The notes under the pieces are model-generated. The model searched no databases. It was given only the letters and a program-made list of their open reading frames with translations, and was not told the origin of the DNA. The translations under genes were made by a program, and so were the position numbers. A stretch of DNA of 64,000 bases from a virus. Taxonomy: Duplodnaviria; Caudoviricetes. The DNA lies in IMG/VR virus record IMGVR_UViG_3300031867_000009, positions 71,307 through 135,306 of that record; one strand, written 5' to 3'. Below are positions 36,654 to 46,870 of the stretch, one piece after another (within the stretch, counting starts at the first letter, position 1; each line of letters starts with the position of its first letter).

Positions 36654-36874
36654 TGGAAAGTTATAGAGATATATATAAACGGTTCATAGAAAATTATAGA
36701 AATAATGATACTGGGGGTATAAATATATACCCTCAGTTTGATAGTGATTTAGATACACTTTTATATTGGCTAGATAATGATGACGCTATGGACGATTGGG
36801 CGCCAGATGGAACATACATTCCAGACGTAGAAGTTGATTGTAGTTGGCGGCCAGCCGAAGGAGAGTGTGAATGA
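36653..36874 (+). CDS. Hypothetical protein
   Basis: Coupled ORF. Confidence 0.65.
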   Translation: MESYRDIYKRFIENYRNNDTGGINIYPQFDSDLDTLLYWLDNDDAMDDWAPDGTYIPDVEVDCSWRPAEGECE

Positions 36875-37089
36875 GAACTATATGTGATGTAGCATTTTCA
36901 GTTATGGTACTGATTGTAATAACTGTTAATTTTGTAACAGACCATTTAACCATGGGTGAGTTTTTAATTGCTATAATGGTTAATTATGTAGGTACAAGAT
37001 ATTTGCTGATGTCTGATTTAGATTTGCGGTTAACCGAACTGGAAATTGAAGCTGCACTTGAACAACAGGAACAAGAGGAAAAAGAATGA
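36871..37089 (+). CDS. Small membrane protein
   Basis: Two hydrophobic segments; coupled ORF. Confidence 0.65.
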   Translation: MRTICDVAFSVMVLIVITVNFVTDHLTMGEFLIAIMVNYVGTRYLLMSDLDLRLTELEIEAALEQQEQEEKE

Positions 37090-37221
37090 ATATATTAATG
37101 TTTATTTTTACTGGTATATATTTAGTTGGAACTATAATAGGACATCATTTAAATGTTATAAATGATAATACTTATTATATTTGTATGGGATTGTGGGCTA
37201 TTATGTTTATTTTAAATACAA

Positions 37222-37428
37222 ATGGAGAACATAATGAGCGATGGTAAATATATATGTATGAAATGTAAGTGCGCGGGCGCTAAGTCGCTCGTGCCTTTTA
37301 AAATTATCGAAGATAGAAATGGTGAGTCGGTGAAGTTCAGAGGACAACTATGTGAGAAATGTTTTAATGAATTGATGGCATCGGCGCAGAATACAAAGGA
37401 CGAAGACAATGATAGTGGTAAAGTTTGA
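37222..37428 (+). CDS. Small Zn-binding protein
   Basis: CMKC...LCEKC. Confidence 0.6.
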   Translation: MENIMSDGKYICMKCKCAGAKSLVPFKIIEDRNGESVKFRGQLCEKCFNELMASAQNTKDEDNDSGKV

Positions 37429-37590
37429 AGATGTTGTTAGTGTTTTAGAAGACCACCTTGATACGCCTGAGGCGGCAGGTATAGTATACGATTTGCTTGA
37501 CTATATGTTTGTCATAGCAGATAAATAAAAATTGAAAATTTCTTAAATTTCTTATATAATTATAATATAAGAAAGGAAAGGAAATTTTTT

Positions 37591-38274
37591 ATGGATAGAC
37601 TTCTTAACAGAATACATGAAGCAGCTATGGCAGCAGAGCGTATTATTGATATGATTGAGTGCGCTGGTTTTGACCTTACTGACCCTAATAGTATGATTAC
37701 TTATCCTAATTATATTAATATGCCTGGGGATATGAGGTATGCCTATGGTGCTTCTCGTATTGTAATTTGGGACGAAGATTATTGCGATTATGTAATAAAG
37801 ATTGCTCTTGATGAAAAATATGAGAAATTCTGTCAACATGAAGTTGAAGTTTATGAAGCCGCAGTAAAGGAAGGACTTGCTGATAGCTTTGCTTGGTGTA
37901 TGTGTTATGCTGAGCCGCAGTATGATGATGAGGGTAAGTATGAAACACCTGGTATTTATGTTATGGAATACATGGATTGCAACGAAGATGCAGTTGCTGA
38001 TGCTACATATAAACATGGATATGAGGAATATTGTGAATCACATGGACTTGATAGTTCAAACTGGGATTCAATAGATGAGTATGATAACTGGTGGGAAGGT
38101 GACTCTGAAGATAGGGTTTTAGACTATATGGAATCTTTGATGTCTTCGGAATATAGAAGAACCTTTGAAGTGTTTATGTGCAAGTGGTGGATAACAGACA
38201 TTCATGAACAAAACGTCGCCCTGAAATCAGACGGAAATATGGTAATAATTGATTATGCAGGATGGAATTGGTAA
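37591..38274 (+). CDS. Protein-kinase-like fold protein
   Basis: GASRIV...VIKI...E.E.Y...YVME...DIHEQNV...IIDYAG, matching the kinase Gly loop, Lys, catalytic and Mg-binding motifs. Confidence 0.7.
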   Translation: MDRLLNRIHEAAMAAERIIDMIECAGFDLTDPNSMITYPNYINMPGDMRYAYGASRIVIWDEDYCDYVIKIALDEKYEKFCQHEVEVYEAAVKEGLADSFAWCMCYAEPQYDDEGKYETPGIYVMEYMDCNEDAVADATYKHGYEEYCESHGLDSSNWDSIDEYDNWWEGDSEDRVLDYMESLMSSEYRRTFEVFMCKWWITDIHEQNVALKSDGNMVIIDYAGWNW

Positions 38275-38530
38275 ATGTGTAAAGACGATAAAAGACATAA
38301 GATAAATGTTGCCTATAATTTAATTGAAACTGTGTTGGGTGATACTGATATAGATAGTTCTGCTTTTAATGACTTACTCAATGCACTTGGGCGGTTAGAA
38401 GATTGGTTTGAAGAAGAAGATATATAATAATGGGAAGGCCGCAGTGTAAGTATATGCTACGGTCTTTTTTAATTTGAAAAATTTTAAAATTTTTGATATA
38501 ATAAATTATAAGATAAGAAAGGAGATATAT

Positions 38531-38704
38531 ATGGATATGTGGTTTGATAATAGCGATATATGTTGGTGTTCAGATAGTGTTAGATGTGAGAACACAGAGT
38601 GCTTTAGACATCTTACAAATAAGAATGATGAGGAAAGAATTTTTACTTGCGGCAGCCTGATGGAAACAGAATATTGCCCAAGACATAAGGAAGGAGAAAA
38701 CTAA
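38531..38704 (+). CDS. Small Cys-rich protein
   Basis: Promoter plus RBS; DICWC...C....CFRH. Confidence 0.65.
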   Translation: MDMWFDNSDICWCSDSVRCENTECFRHLTNKNDEERIFTCGSLMETEYCPRHKEGEN

Positions 38705-39153
38705 TGAGTGCATATATACAGTTTTTTATAAGACATGAAGATACTTTTCTTCCGATTGGTGTATTCAGTCGCAATAACGTAATCTACCAGGTATTCGATG
38801 ATATCGCACCATGGGAAAAGCTTAGACCAATAAGTGAAATGCATCTTAATGATGTGGACAATATTATAAAGAGCCTTATTAAAGAAGGTGAAGACGCACT
38901 CGCGCGCGAAGCCGAAGAAAGAAAGCTTATTGCTTCTTTTAATAACTCGGTAGAAGAAAAACTTATGGCACTTGAAGGTCGTAATGAATTTGTTAGAGAA
39001 GTCAAAGACGATATTAAGAATGCCGAGGCCGCACAGAGGTATGTGTGGACTTTGAGGGACATACTTGAGTCTATTGAGTATACTGATTTTAATAAGCAGC
39101 CTTATATCTATGTGGGTATAGAGGTTGAAGGTAAGGTTGAGGAACTTATTTAG
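38704..39153 (+). CDS. Hypothetical protein
   Basis: 149-aa coupled ORF. Confidence 0.75.
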   Translation: MSAYIQFFIRHEDTFLPIGVFSRNNVIYQVFDDIAPWEKLRPISEMHLNDVDNIIKSLIKEGEDALAREAEERKLIASFNNSVEEKLMALEGRNEFVREVKDDIKNAEAAQRYVWTLRDILESIEYTDFNKQPYIYVGIEVEGKVEELI

Positions 39154-39162
39154 GAGGTATCA

Positions 39163-39483
39163 ATGAAAGTACTTATAAGTCCAGGCTATGGCGCAGGTTG
39201 GTCAACATGGGATTGCCCAGGAATGGCATTTGATGAGCGCATTATACGAGCTTTTGAGTGTGGTATTTCAGAAGAAGATATGGCGACTCTTTGTGTAGAA
39301 TGTGGGTATACCAACCGCTTTGGTGATGCGCCATATATGGGTGGCTTTGAAGATTTGGAGGTAGTAGAAGTTCCAAGCGGTGTTCGGTTTAAAATAAGAG
39401 AATATGATGGCGCAGAATCTATTGAGTATTTTGATGAGGACGAATGGTACTATTCAGAGGGCGAATACTACTCAGTAGATTAG
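39163..39483 (+). CDS. Phage hypothetical protein
   Basis: VLISPGYGAGWSTW...F.I.EYDGAESI motif. Confidence 0.8.
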   Translation: MKVLISPGYGAGWSTWDCPGMAFDERIIRAFECGISEEDMATLCVECGYTNRFGDAPYMGGFEDLEVVEVPSGVRFKIREYDGAESIEYFDEDEWYYSEGEYYSVD

Positions 39484-39691
39484 GGGAAATAAGACCTGAT
39501 TACGTCAGGTCTTTTTTAGTGGTTGTATGTAGAGTGCGGCCGGTCGTCTATGTATGTGCACTATCTGAACTTTTGACGCCGGAAGTTGAGCGGCCGCAGT
39601 GTACATAAGATGAAGACGTATGACTTCAAATTTGAAGTTTTAAAAAATTTTTGTTATAATTATATTAGAAAGTTAAGAAAGGAAAATTAGT

Positions 39692-40189
39692 ATGGATATA
39701 AAAGGTTATAAAAAATGGACGCCACTTCCGAACTCATTATTTGAGTTTAAGCCTCGTTCTATCTATGATATAACGTGCGAGTTTGTAAGGTCAATTGATT
39801 CAAAAATTACAACCACTTTTATTGAGGACGAGTTCTACGCTATATGTAGTGTAAACCGTATCAATGTAACTTTTTTACCTGACGACATGGACGATATGTT
39901 TGATGCTTTTGTTTATAAACATTTTGGCATTCACATTAATCCACTACTTATGGGCATCCTGCACGAGGTGGGACATATAGAAACCTTTGATGACAACCTT
40001 GACCGAGACCGTTCAATTATCTACTATCTTTTACATATAGATTTTGATATTGAGCGTTATCGTGACTTTACTAATATGTATTTCGCTATCCCATCAGAGT
40101 TTGAAGCTACTCGTTGGGGAGTTGAATATTATTTATCCCATAAAGAACATTGTGATAACTTTTTAAAGGAGATTGGTTATGAAGCTTGA
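39692..40189 (+). CDS. Putative Zn metallopeptidase
   Basis: ILHEVGH (HExxH) with downstream PSEFEA. Confidence 0.7.
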   Translation: MDIKGYKKWTPLPNSLFEFKPRSIYDITCEFVRSIDSKITTTFIEDEFYAICSVNRINVTFLPDDMDDMFDAFVYKHFGIHINPLLMGILHEVGHIETFDDNLDRDRSIIYYLLHIDFDIERYRDFTNMYFAIPSEFEATRWGVEYYLSHKEHCDNFLKEIGYEA

Positions 40190-40502
40190 TAAGAGACAGT
40201 TCTGCATAGCAGTTGACACTTACAAGACGATGCTAGAGGAAGAGCAACAGATGATTGATGCTCTTGATATTAGTCCAGAATGGAAGGGCGCAGATTGGAT
40301 TGCGAATTATTATGATTTACTTTCTGATTTGTGTGAATTAGAAGAAGACCCATATGTAGGTACTGACCTTGATTGGTTTTGTTTTGAAACAGACTTCGGT
40401 CGCAAGAAAGACTATTGTAAAGTCTATGATAAGCATACTGACCGCACCTGGACAATTGAAACACCAGATATATTATATGATTTTATTACAAGAGAATGGT
40501 AA
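40179..40502 (+). CDS. Hypothetical protein
   Basis: LDWFCFETDFGRK motif; AAGGAG RBS. Confidence 0.75.
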   Translation: MKLDKRQFCIAVDTYKTMLEEEQQMIDALDISPEWKGADWIANYYDLLSDLCELEEDPYVGTDLDWFCFETDFGRKKDYCKVYDKHTDRTWTIETPDILYDFITREW

Positions 40503-40612
40503 ATTTATGGGACGGCCGCGCTTCTACGTATAGAAGTGCGGTCTTTTAAATTTGAATTTTTTAGGAAATTTTGATATAATAATTATAGAATAAAATAGAA
40601 AGGAAAATTATT

Positions 40613-40882
40613 ATGATAGTAAGTGCTGCGGTAAAGCTTATATTAGACGATTATGCGGGAACAGAAGTATGTATTCCCGTTCATAGACATAAAGATATTA
40701 TTACTATTGGTAAGCAGATGTTAGGATATAAACCTTTTGTTGATGTAGAAGGTTTTTTTACTGATAAGGGTGAGTTTCTTGACCGTTGGGAAGCCGCAGA
40801 CCATGCATATGAGTGCGGCCAGTTGGTAGAGACTGCGGAAGAACCTCGCATTGATAGGTTAATGAGTGAGGATTTGTGGTAG
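40613..40882 (+). CDS. Phage hypothetical protein
   Basis: IVSAA...RH...GF.TDKGEFLDR.EA...SEDLW. Confidence 0.8.
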   Translation: MIVSAAVKLILDDYAGTEVCIPVHRHKDIITIGKQMLGYKPFVDVEGFFTDKGEFLDRWEAADHAYECGQLVETAEEPRIDRLMSEDLW

Positions 40883-40896
40883 AAAGGAAATAGCTT

Positions 40897-41130
40897 ATGT
40901 ATAAGTATATTTATAAAGTCGGAGATGTTTGTTTTTCTTCTTTTGAAGAAGCAACAAAAGTTATTGACAAGGCTTTTAAGTTTAATAAGCCTATAACTAT
41001 TGAAAGATATAAGTTATATGATTCTTATGATGATTTTTATGACATAGCAGTTGTTGAAAGTACAAATCCAAGAGCAAGATATAGTAGTGATTTTGAAGAA
41101 AGTATTGCTAATGGTTGGATTTATGGATAG
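40897..41130 (+). CDS. Hypothetical protein
   Basis: AGAAAGGA RBS. Confidence 0.65.
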   Translation: MYKYIYKVGDVCFSSFEEATKVIDKAFKFNKPITIERYKLYDSYDDFYDIAVVESTNPRARYSSDFEESIANGWIYG

Positions 41131-41143
41131 AAAGGAATAGCTT

Positions 41144-41662
41144 ATGGCAATGGTAGATTACGGCGCCATCGCTTGGAAAGATGGTAAACTTATATCAACT
41201 GACATGTTTACTGACATGGAAGACATGGTTGGTTGGAGTGATGAAGATGAACTTAATGGTAATTGTTTTGCTTATATAGGCGATAAGGATTTTACTGTTG
41301 GGTTCTATAAAAGTATAATGCGTATTCATTGTCCAACAGGTCTTGTTGAAGATGAGGCTATCTACTTAAATGGTTCATCTTTTGAGGGGTGGCGTTGTTG
41401 GAGAAGATGGTATATGGTAGATTCAATAGACGATATTGTTGAACTCATAGTGCGGCCGCGCAGATTCCATGATTATTATATCTGTAAAATGAAGTATCGC
41501 GGACATAAATATAAAGTCGCATTTGGATATGGAGTAGATTTGAAATATTATAAGAAAACTCACATAATCGACTACTATGGAACTCCGTGGTTTAAAATCA
41601 AGAGCTGGCTCAAAGATATACATTACAAAATCAAAGATTGGAAATGGGAGAGAGGATTATGA
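41144..41662 (+). CDS. Hypothetical protein
   Basis: 172 aa; AGAAAGGA RBS. Confidence 0.75.
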   Translation: MAMVDYGAIAWKDGKLISTDMFTDMEDMVGWSDEDELNGNCFAYIGDKDFTVGFYKSIMRIHCPTGLVEDEAIYLNGSSFEGWRCWRRWYMVDSIDDIVELIVRPRRFHDYYICKMKYRGHKYKVAFGYGVDLKYYKKTHIIDYYGTPWFKIKSWLKDIHYKIKDWKWERGL

Positions 41663-41928
41663 TATATAGCGTATATGTAAGATATTATAATGAATATGCA
41701 AAACCGGAAGACCAGGATGGATATGGAATGGTTGAAGCCAACTGTTTCGTTGCTGGTGATACAATTAATGAAGTGATTACTACAATGACTGATTACTTTG
41801 GCGAGAAAGAAATTGATAAAATAAGCTGTGAACCAATCTCGCCAGATAACTTCCTTGAGTTTCGTGGTAAAGATAGAAAAGCTTTTGCTATGATTGAAGC
41901 CGATATTAAAGAAAATGTGGTATGGTAG
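41659..41928 (+). CDS. Hypothetical protein
   Basis: ATGA overlap with the upstream stop. Confidence 0.7.
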   Translation: MIYSVYVRYYNEYAKPEDQDGYGMVEANCFVAGDTINEVITTMTDYFGEKEIDKISCEPISPDNFLEFRGKDRKAFAMIEADIKENVVW

Positions 41929-41937
41929 GAGATATCA

Positions 41938-42261
41938 ATGGCGCGCAAAGTAAATAAAGACTATGTAAGTCAATATAAGAAAATAATAATGACCCAGCCT
42001 CTGGCTCATGAAAAGTATATACAGCTTACCTATGAGAAAGATATAGATGGTAGATGGAAGGCAAGATATTCAACTAACTCTGCTTATCATATCTGTCAGT
42101 ATGATGGTAATTTTAGGAACTGTAAAGACTGCGGCGCGTTGGACGAAGACTTTGATGTAGAATTTTGCTTAAATAAAGAGCAAATTCTTAGCGCCGGCGC
42201 AGTTAGTGTAAGGGTGAACGAATGTTTAGCTTCTGGTTTAGAAGTACAATTTATTGATTAG
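41938..42261 (+). CDS. Hypothetical protein
   Basis: AGGAG RBS; Cys cluster. Confidence 0.7.
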   Translation: MARKVNKDYVSQYKKIIMTQPLAHEKYIQLTYEKDIDGRWKARYSTNSAYHICQYDGNFRNCKDCGALDEDFDVEFCLNKEQILSAGAVSVRVNECLASGLEVQFID

Positions 42262-42436
42262 AAAGTTAGAGAGTTTGTATGAAGTATGATGAGGAATTTA
42301 TAACTGAAGCTCAAGAAATTAAACACTATAATAATTTGACTGAGCGAGGTGTTAAGTGGTTGGAGTTGTTTGCTCTTGAATTAAAAAATGTTGCTAATGA
42401 GTTATCTGAGATAAGGGAGATATTGGAGAATAAATA

Positions 42437-42715
42437 ATGGATATTGTATGTAAAGAAAAACTGAATACTATTTTTTGGAGACATGAACATGATAATGATT
42501 GGAGTTGGGCCGACCTTGATGAGGTAATTTCAACCTATGAAGACGAGCCATATACTGAACTTTCCTATTGGCAGCCGGTGCGGCGCGAGGGTTCGGAGGA
42601 AATTCTGTATCATGTATTTTTCTGTCAGAGTTGCAATAAGCCGATACTTGCGGTTGATGTAAATCATGATTATAAGTTTTGTCCACACTGTGGTAGAGCG
42701 ATTTGGAGGGATTAA
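42437..42715 (+). CDS. Zn-ribbon protein
   Basis: CQSC...YKFCPHCGRAI. Confidence 0.7.
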   Translation: MDIVCKEKLNTIFWRHEHDNDWSWADLDEVISTYEDEPYTELSYWQPVRREGSEEILYHVFFCQSCNKPILAVDVNHDYKFCPHCGRAIWRD

Positions 42716-42921
42716 TGGAAAATTGGGATTGTTATTGGGCTCGCGAGGGAGAGAAAGAAATTGACGGTGAATATTTTCCAGAAATTTTCTGCAACTTCGA
42801 TGGACTTTCCTCTACCTGCGAGTTATGTAAACCTTGCCGCAGATATGTGCGGCGAGATAAGATTGATGATTACATAAGACATCTACTAGAAGAAATTGAA
42901 CTATTGGAGAAGCTGCCTTGA
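42715..42921 (+). CDS. Hypothetical Cys-containing protein
   Basis: GGAGG RBS; coupled ORF. Confidence 0.6.
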   Translation: MENWDCYWAREGEKEIDGEYFPEIFCNFDGLSSTCELCKPCRRYVRRDKIDDYIRHLLEEIELLEKLP

Positions 42922-43118
42922 AAGAATATATAGTAAAGGAATGGCGTGATGATATAGGTATACTACAACAGCAACGAGTATGTGAATTGGTTCGATGTGG
43001 TGATTGTATTCATACTCGTGGTGGGCGGCCGCGCATCGTCGGATTGGTTTATTGTAAAGAACATAAGATGGTTAAGAATGAAACTGATTATTGCTCATAT
43101 GGAGAAAGACTAAAATGA
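42918..43118 (+). CDS. Small Cys-rich phage protein
   Basis: ELVRCGDCIH...C...DYCSYGER. Confidence 0.7.
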   Translation: MKEYIVKEWRDDIGILQQQRVCELVRCGDCIHTRGGRPRIVGLVYCKEHKMVKNETDYCSYGERLK

Positions 43119-43378
43119 TATGGGAAGCAAACGACGAAACTTGTAAAGATATACAAATTGGTAATAAAAAAATTCTAGAAATTTCTAATGGTTGGCATAT
43201 AGAAAGCGTATATTATCCAGACAATAAAGATTGGAAAGATTTTAACTATCTTGGCGTCATATTGGAAAGAGACACAAAAGAAACTTGTGAAGGTTGTAGA
43301 TACACAGAAGATAAATATGGTTATAACCATTGCCGCAAATGTAGTCGAAATTGGATTGATAGATATGAAAAAGAATAA
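43115..43378 (+). CDS. Hypothetical protein
   Basis: CEGCRY...CRKCSRN. Confidence 0.65.
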   Translation: MIWEANDETCKDIQIGNKKILEISNGWHIESVYYPDNKDWKDFNYLGVILERDTKETCEGCRYTEDKYGYNHCRKCSRNWIDRYEKE

Positions 43379-43380
43379 AT

Positions 43381-43563
43381 ATGGATATAATAAGGAAAGA
43401 TTGCTTTTGGTATAGACCTTGGCGTGATATGGGCGCGACATTTGACCAGTGTGAAGTGGCTCCTATAACAGAGTGTCCTTGCAATAAAAATTGCAAATGG
43501 TATATCTCAAAGGCAAGCGCGCAAGAAATAGTTTGGAAGGCATTAGAATTGCGGGATAGATAA
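43381..43563 (+). CDS. Small Cys-rich protein
   Basis: Last gene of the + block, followed by a terminator. Confidence 0.6.
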   Translation: MDIIRKDCFWYRPWRDMGATFDQCEVAPITECPCNKNCKWYISKASAQEIVWKALELRDR

Positions 43564-43590
43564 GAGATTGGTTTAACACCAATCTTTTTT
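43563..43590 (+). terminator. Intrinsic terminator
   Basis: AGATTGGT-TTAAC-ACCAATCT plus T-tract. Confidence 0.8.
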
Positions 43591-43596
43591 ATTGGG

Positions 43597-43882
43597 AATA
43601 ATTTTCCAGGAAGTTTTACGCATACTCGCGGCGGGTCATAAATTTTCTAGAAAACTGTCCATTCGGTCAACTTATGGGACGGCCGCAGGTGTGCATAGAA
43701 CATCAACATATTGGGAGTGAATTATTTTCCAAAAAATTTTGGGATAGTTCATTCGCTTATTTTTTGGAGTTGCGCACATATTCGGATTATTTTCTAGAAA
43801 AATTTTCCAAAAACATTTCGTTGTCAAATTATTTTCCAGAAATTTTTCCAAGAATTTTCCAAGAAATTTTCCAAGAAATTTC
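43597..43882. repeat. Cluster of ATTTTC(C/T)A(A/G)-type repeats
   Basis: About eight degenerate copies, including tandem AATTTTCCAAGA units at 43853-43880. Confidence 0.8.
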
Positions 43883-44751
43883 ACGTCTCAAAAAATTGTA
43901 GCTTCTTTCAGTTAATTCTACTTATAATCAAAATAGAAAAACTTATACATATATGTATACGTATTACGTATACGTATATATATACATATACTTATACGTA
44001 AAAAAGCCAATGTAGTGAGCTCCGCGTGTCGGTCCTGACAAGGGGCGCAGTCCCCGCAGCTCAGGAACGTACCGCGGAACTACTACGGACAACCGCAACG
44101 GCTAGTATACATATATACAACGGCCAGCCGCAACAAAACAACGAACCTTCGACTTCACTCCGGAGGTCCACGACAATTAGTATACGTAGTTCGTATAAGT
44201 ATATATATACGTATATAAGGGTCCAGCTTCTGCGGAACAACGTACCTCGGGTCTTACCCCGTAGGTCGTATACATAGATAGAATACAATAAATGTAAACG
44301 GATTGGAGGTAAGAGGGTAGGTATAGGAGGACAACGATAATGAATAGAGTAGGTCTATGGATTAAAGTGGTAATGATGATAGCTGTAATTGGTGCAATGG
44401 TGGTAGCGGATACGATAAACGTGTAAGTATATAAGTAAGTGGGTCGTATAAGTAGGTTGTATAAGTAGTACGTATACGTAAACGAAGTGTGCGGCGATTG
44501 TGCGGCTACGTATACGAAGAGGTTGCCCGTATACTAGGAGGGTGACTTGCCTACGGGAACGTCGTGTAGGGGTCAGAAGATAGTGTATAAAAATGGCTGC
44601 CCCACACACCATCAAAAGTCAAATTTTGTGTTCAAAAAACAAAAAATAAGTGGAAAAACTTGCAATTTTTTGTCAAATTTCCACAAAAAGTTTTAATTTC
44701 CATTAAAAAAGAGGGGCATAACCCCTCTTTTCTTTTTCATCGTGTCTCAAA

Positions 44752-45105
44752 CTACACGAGAGTGTAGCCCTTGACCTTTCCAGACTTGCCCTTGACCTCT
44801 GTCTGTGCTACGAGTCCAGCTGCAACCAGTCTCTTAGCGATTACAGTAGCCTTCTGCGAAGTCTCGATGCCCTCGACAGCGTCTCTGATGTCGGAAGCAG
44901 TCATAGCGTCCTCACCAAGCACTGCAAGCACTCCGTCCTCAAGCACCTTCTCCGAAGCCAGCTTCTCAGCTCTCTTCTCAGCTGCTCTGTTGCGTCTCTT
45001 CTCACCCTCAGCCTCGTGAGCCGCGAGCATTTCAACGAACTTTTCCTTAACGTCCTCTGTGATTTCGCCAGAGATAACTGCCTTGTAAGCTTCAACCTTA
45101 GTCAT
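44752..45105 (-). CDS. Paralog family A protein (winged-helix-like), copy 1
   Basis: MT..E.Y.A.I...coiled coil...MTASDI...TSQKA...LV...VKG...VKGY. Confidence 0.85.
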   Translation of the reverse strand: MTKVEAYKAVISGEITEDVKEKFVEMLAAHEAEGEKRRNRAAEKRAEKLASEKVLEDGVLAVLGEDAMTASDIRDAVEGIETSQKATVIAKRLVAAGLVAQTEVKGKSGKVKGYTLV

Positions 45106-45370
45106 TTTTTCCTTCTTTCTCTCACACTAGGTAGTGAGCACCAGTTACGTTTTGATTTGTTTTATAGTGGTGGAGAAGTTACTTTTCTCTCTCACTTTCT
45201 ATATATATTATAGCAAGATTTTCAGAACTTTTCAAATTATTTTCTTTCGAATCCTGCGTGAAAGCGGAGGATTTATTTTTATTTTCTCTCTCACTTTCTA
45301 TATATATTATAAAGCTATTTTGAAACTTTTTCAAATTTCAATTTGCGGGAACGCAGCCGCCATCGCCGGC

Positions 45371-45596
45371 GCAGCTCCTTCCATGCGCGCTGAAAATTTG
45401 ACAAAATTTTTCAAATTTTGACGACGACACAGCTCCAAAGAAATTTGATTTTAAAAGTCAAATTTTCAGGTGGCACCCCGCAGCTCCTAGTCGCAGCTCC
45501 TTTTCGTCGCACAGGCGCAGCTCCGTCGCGCGGGCCAGCCGCAGCTCCGTCGCGCGGGCCAGCCGCAGCTCCGACGCAGCTCCCTAATGCAGCTCC
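45371..45596. repeat. GCAGCTCC octamer cluster
   Basis: Eight exact copies (45371, 45480, 45493, 45517, 45541, 45565, 45576, 45589), including a 24-bp tandem duplication at 45517-45564. Confidence 0.95.
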
Positions 45597-45926
45597 TCCA
45601 CGGCCGACATCGGCGGCGCGTGGCCGCGGCACACGAACGTTTGTTCGGAACGTATGTTCGAGTTAGACACCTCTAACTAAGTTAGAGATCTCTAACTGTT
45701 AATAAATTATTAACAATCCGAACGTATGTTCGAAAAGTTGCTGCCCCCGATATATTATACCACATAACGCGCACGCTGTCAATGGAAATTTGACTTTGTT
45801 AAAAATTTGACAATCGGCCCGGGCAACACCGGATCACCCGGAAGATCCGGCCCGGACGCCCGCGACGATAATTGTTTATCTGTCACCGAACATATGTTCG
45901 ATAGTTGACCAATAAAAAAGGGTGGT

Positions 45927-46289
45927 TTACTTACCACCCTTTTCTGCAATCTCTGCGCGCTTGCGTCTGAGTTCTGCATCGCGTGCAATCTTGCGCGCCT
46001 TTTCGGCTTTGCGCTCTTCGGCTTTGCGTTCCTTCTCTGCGAGATTGTGAACGTAGTCCTCTGCGAGTGCATAACCATCGTATGGTTCTGTTCCCTTATT
46101 CGCACCCGTAGGCACTTTGAAATTGATAACGATGAAGTCCTCGTTGCCTTCGCAACCTACGCAAGGAATTGCGATTTCGTTGGACTTGACGCGAAGAACC
46201 TCTTCGCCACCTTCAAAGAGAAACTTCGACACTCTGTCGAGAAAATCTGCTCTGATAAGTTCACGTTCTGCTTTTCTTGATACTGCCAT
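45927..46289 (-). CDS. Paralog family B protein, copy 1
   Basis: VLRVKSNEIAIP.VGCEGNEDFIV...KVPTGANKG shared with 53824-54183. Confidence 0.85.
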   Translation of the reverse strand: MAVSRKAERELIRADFLDRVSKFLFEGGEEVLRVKSNEIAIPCVGCEGNEDFIVINFKVPTGANKGTEPYDGYALAEDYVHNLAEKERKAEERKAEKARKIARDAELRRKRAEIAEKGGK

Positions 46290-46504
46290 TTGACACCTAC
46301 CTTTCGGTTCACCTTTATCTTACAATATAATTATACTGATATTTTGAGATAATTCAAGTTCTTTAAAAAGTACAAGATTTGGGAAAGTTCGTCTTGACTA
46401 ACTCTGCGGCCGCCCGGTCCGGAAAAAGATTGTTGTTAATTTATTAACAAGGCCCGGGCGCAATGTTCGAACGTATGTTCATTTTGGTGTAAATAAAAAG
46501 AGGA

Positions 46505-46726
46505 TTATTCATCCTCAAAGGTATAATGGTATGCTTCTCTTGCGGTGACATTAGAGTTATAATACCAAGACCAAAAACATTCATATTGTGATAAAGTCAA
46601 ATTATTATGCGCTTGTCTTTTATAAATGCAATCATTAAAACTTTTCATTCTATGATACTGATTGTATAATTTATCGAGTTCTGTTTTCTTGTCTTTCTGT
46701 AAAGATTTAAATAAGTGTTTATTCAT
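46505..46726 (-). CDS. Hypothetical protein (single-gene cassette)
   Basis: Own TTGACA promoter and AGAAAGGAG RBS. Confidence 0.7.
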   Translation of the reverse strand: MNKHLFKSLQKDKKTELDKLYNQYHRMKSFNDCIYKRQAHNNLTLSQYECFWSWYYNSNVTAREAYHYTFEDE

Positions 46727-46870
46727 TGTTTTCTCCTTTCTGTGTCTAATATAATTATACTCATTTTTTCTTCTGTGTCAATACTTTTTTAAAAGTTATT
46801 TTTTTCACAAAGCGGACCGGCCGTGGTGTGTGAAAATTTTAACAAAGAACCCAAAAATAAAATGTGGTAT

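Noticed and set aside
43672-45666. ORFs across the repeat regions (43672, 43674, 44026, 44061, 44355, 45411, 45418)
   Set aside because: Their low-complexity translations simply mirror the DNA repeats; no translation signals.
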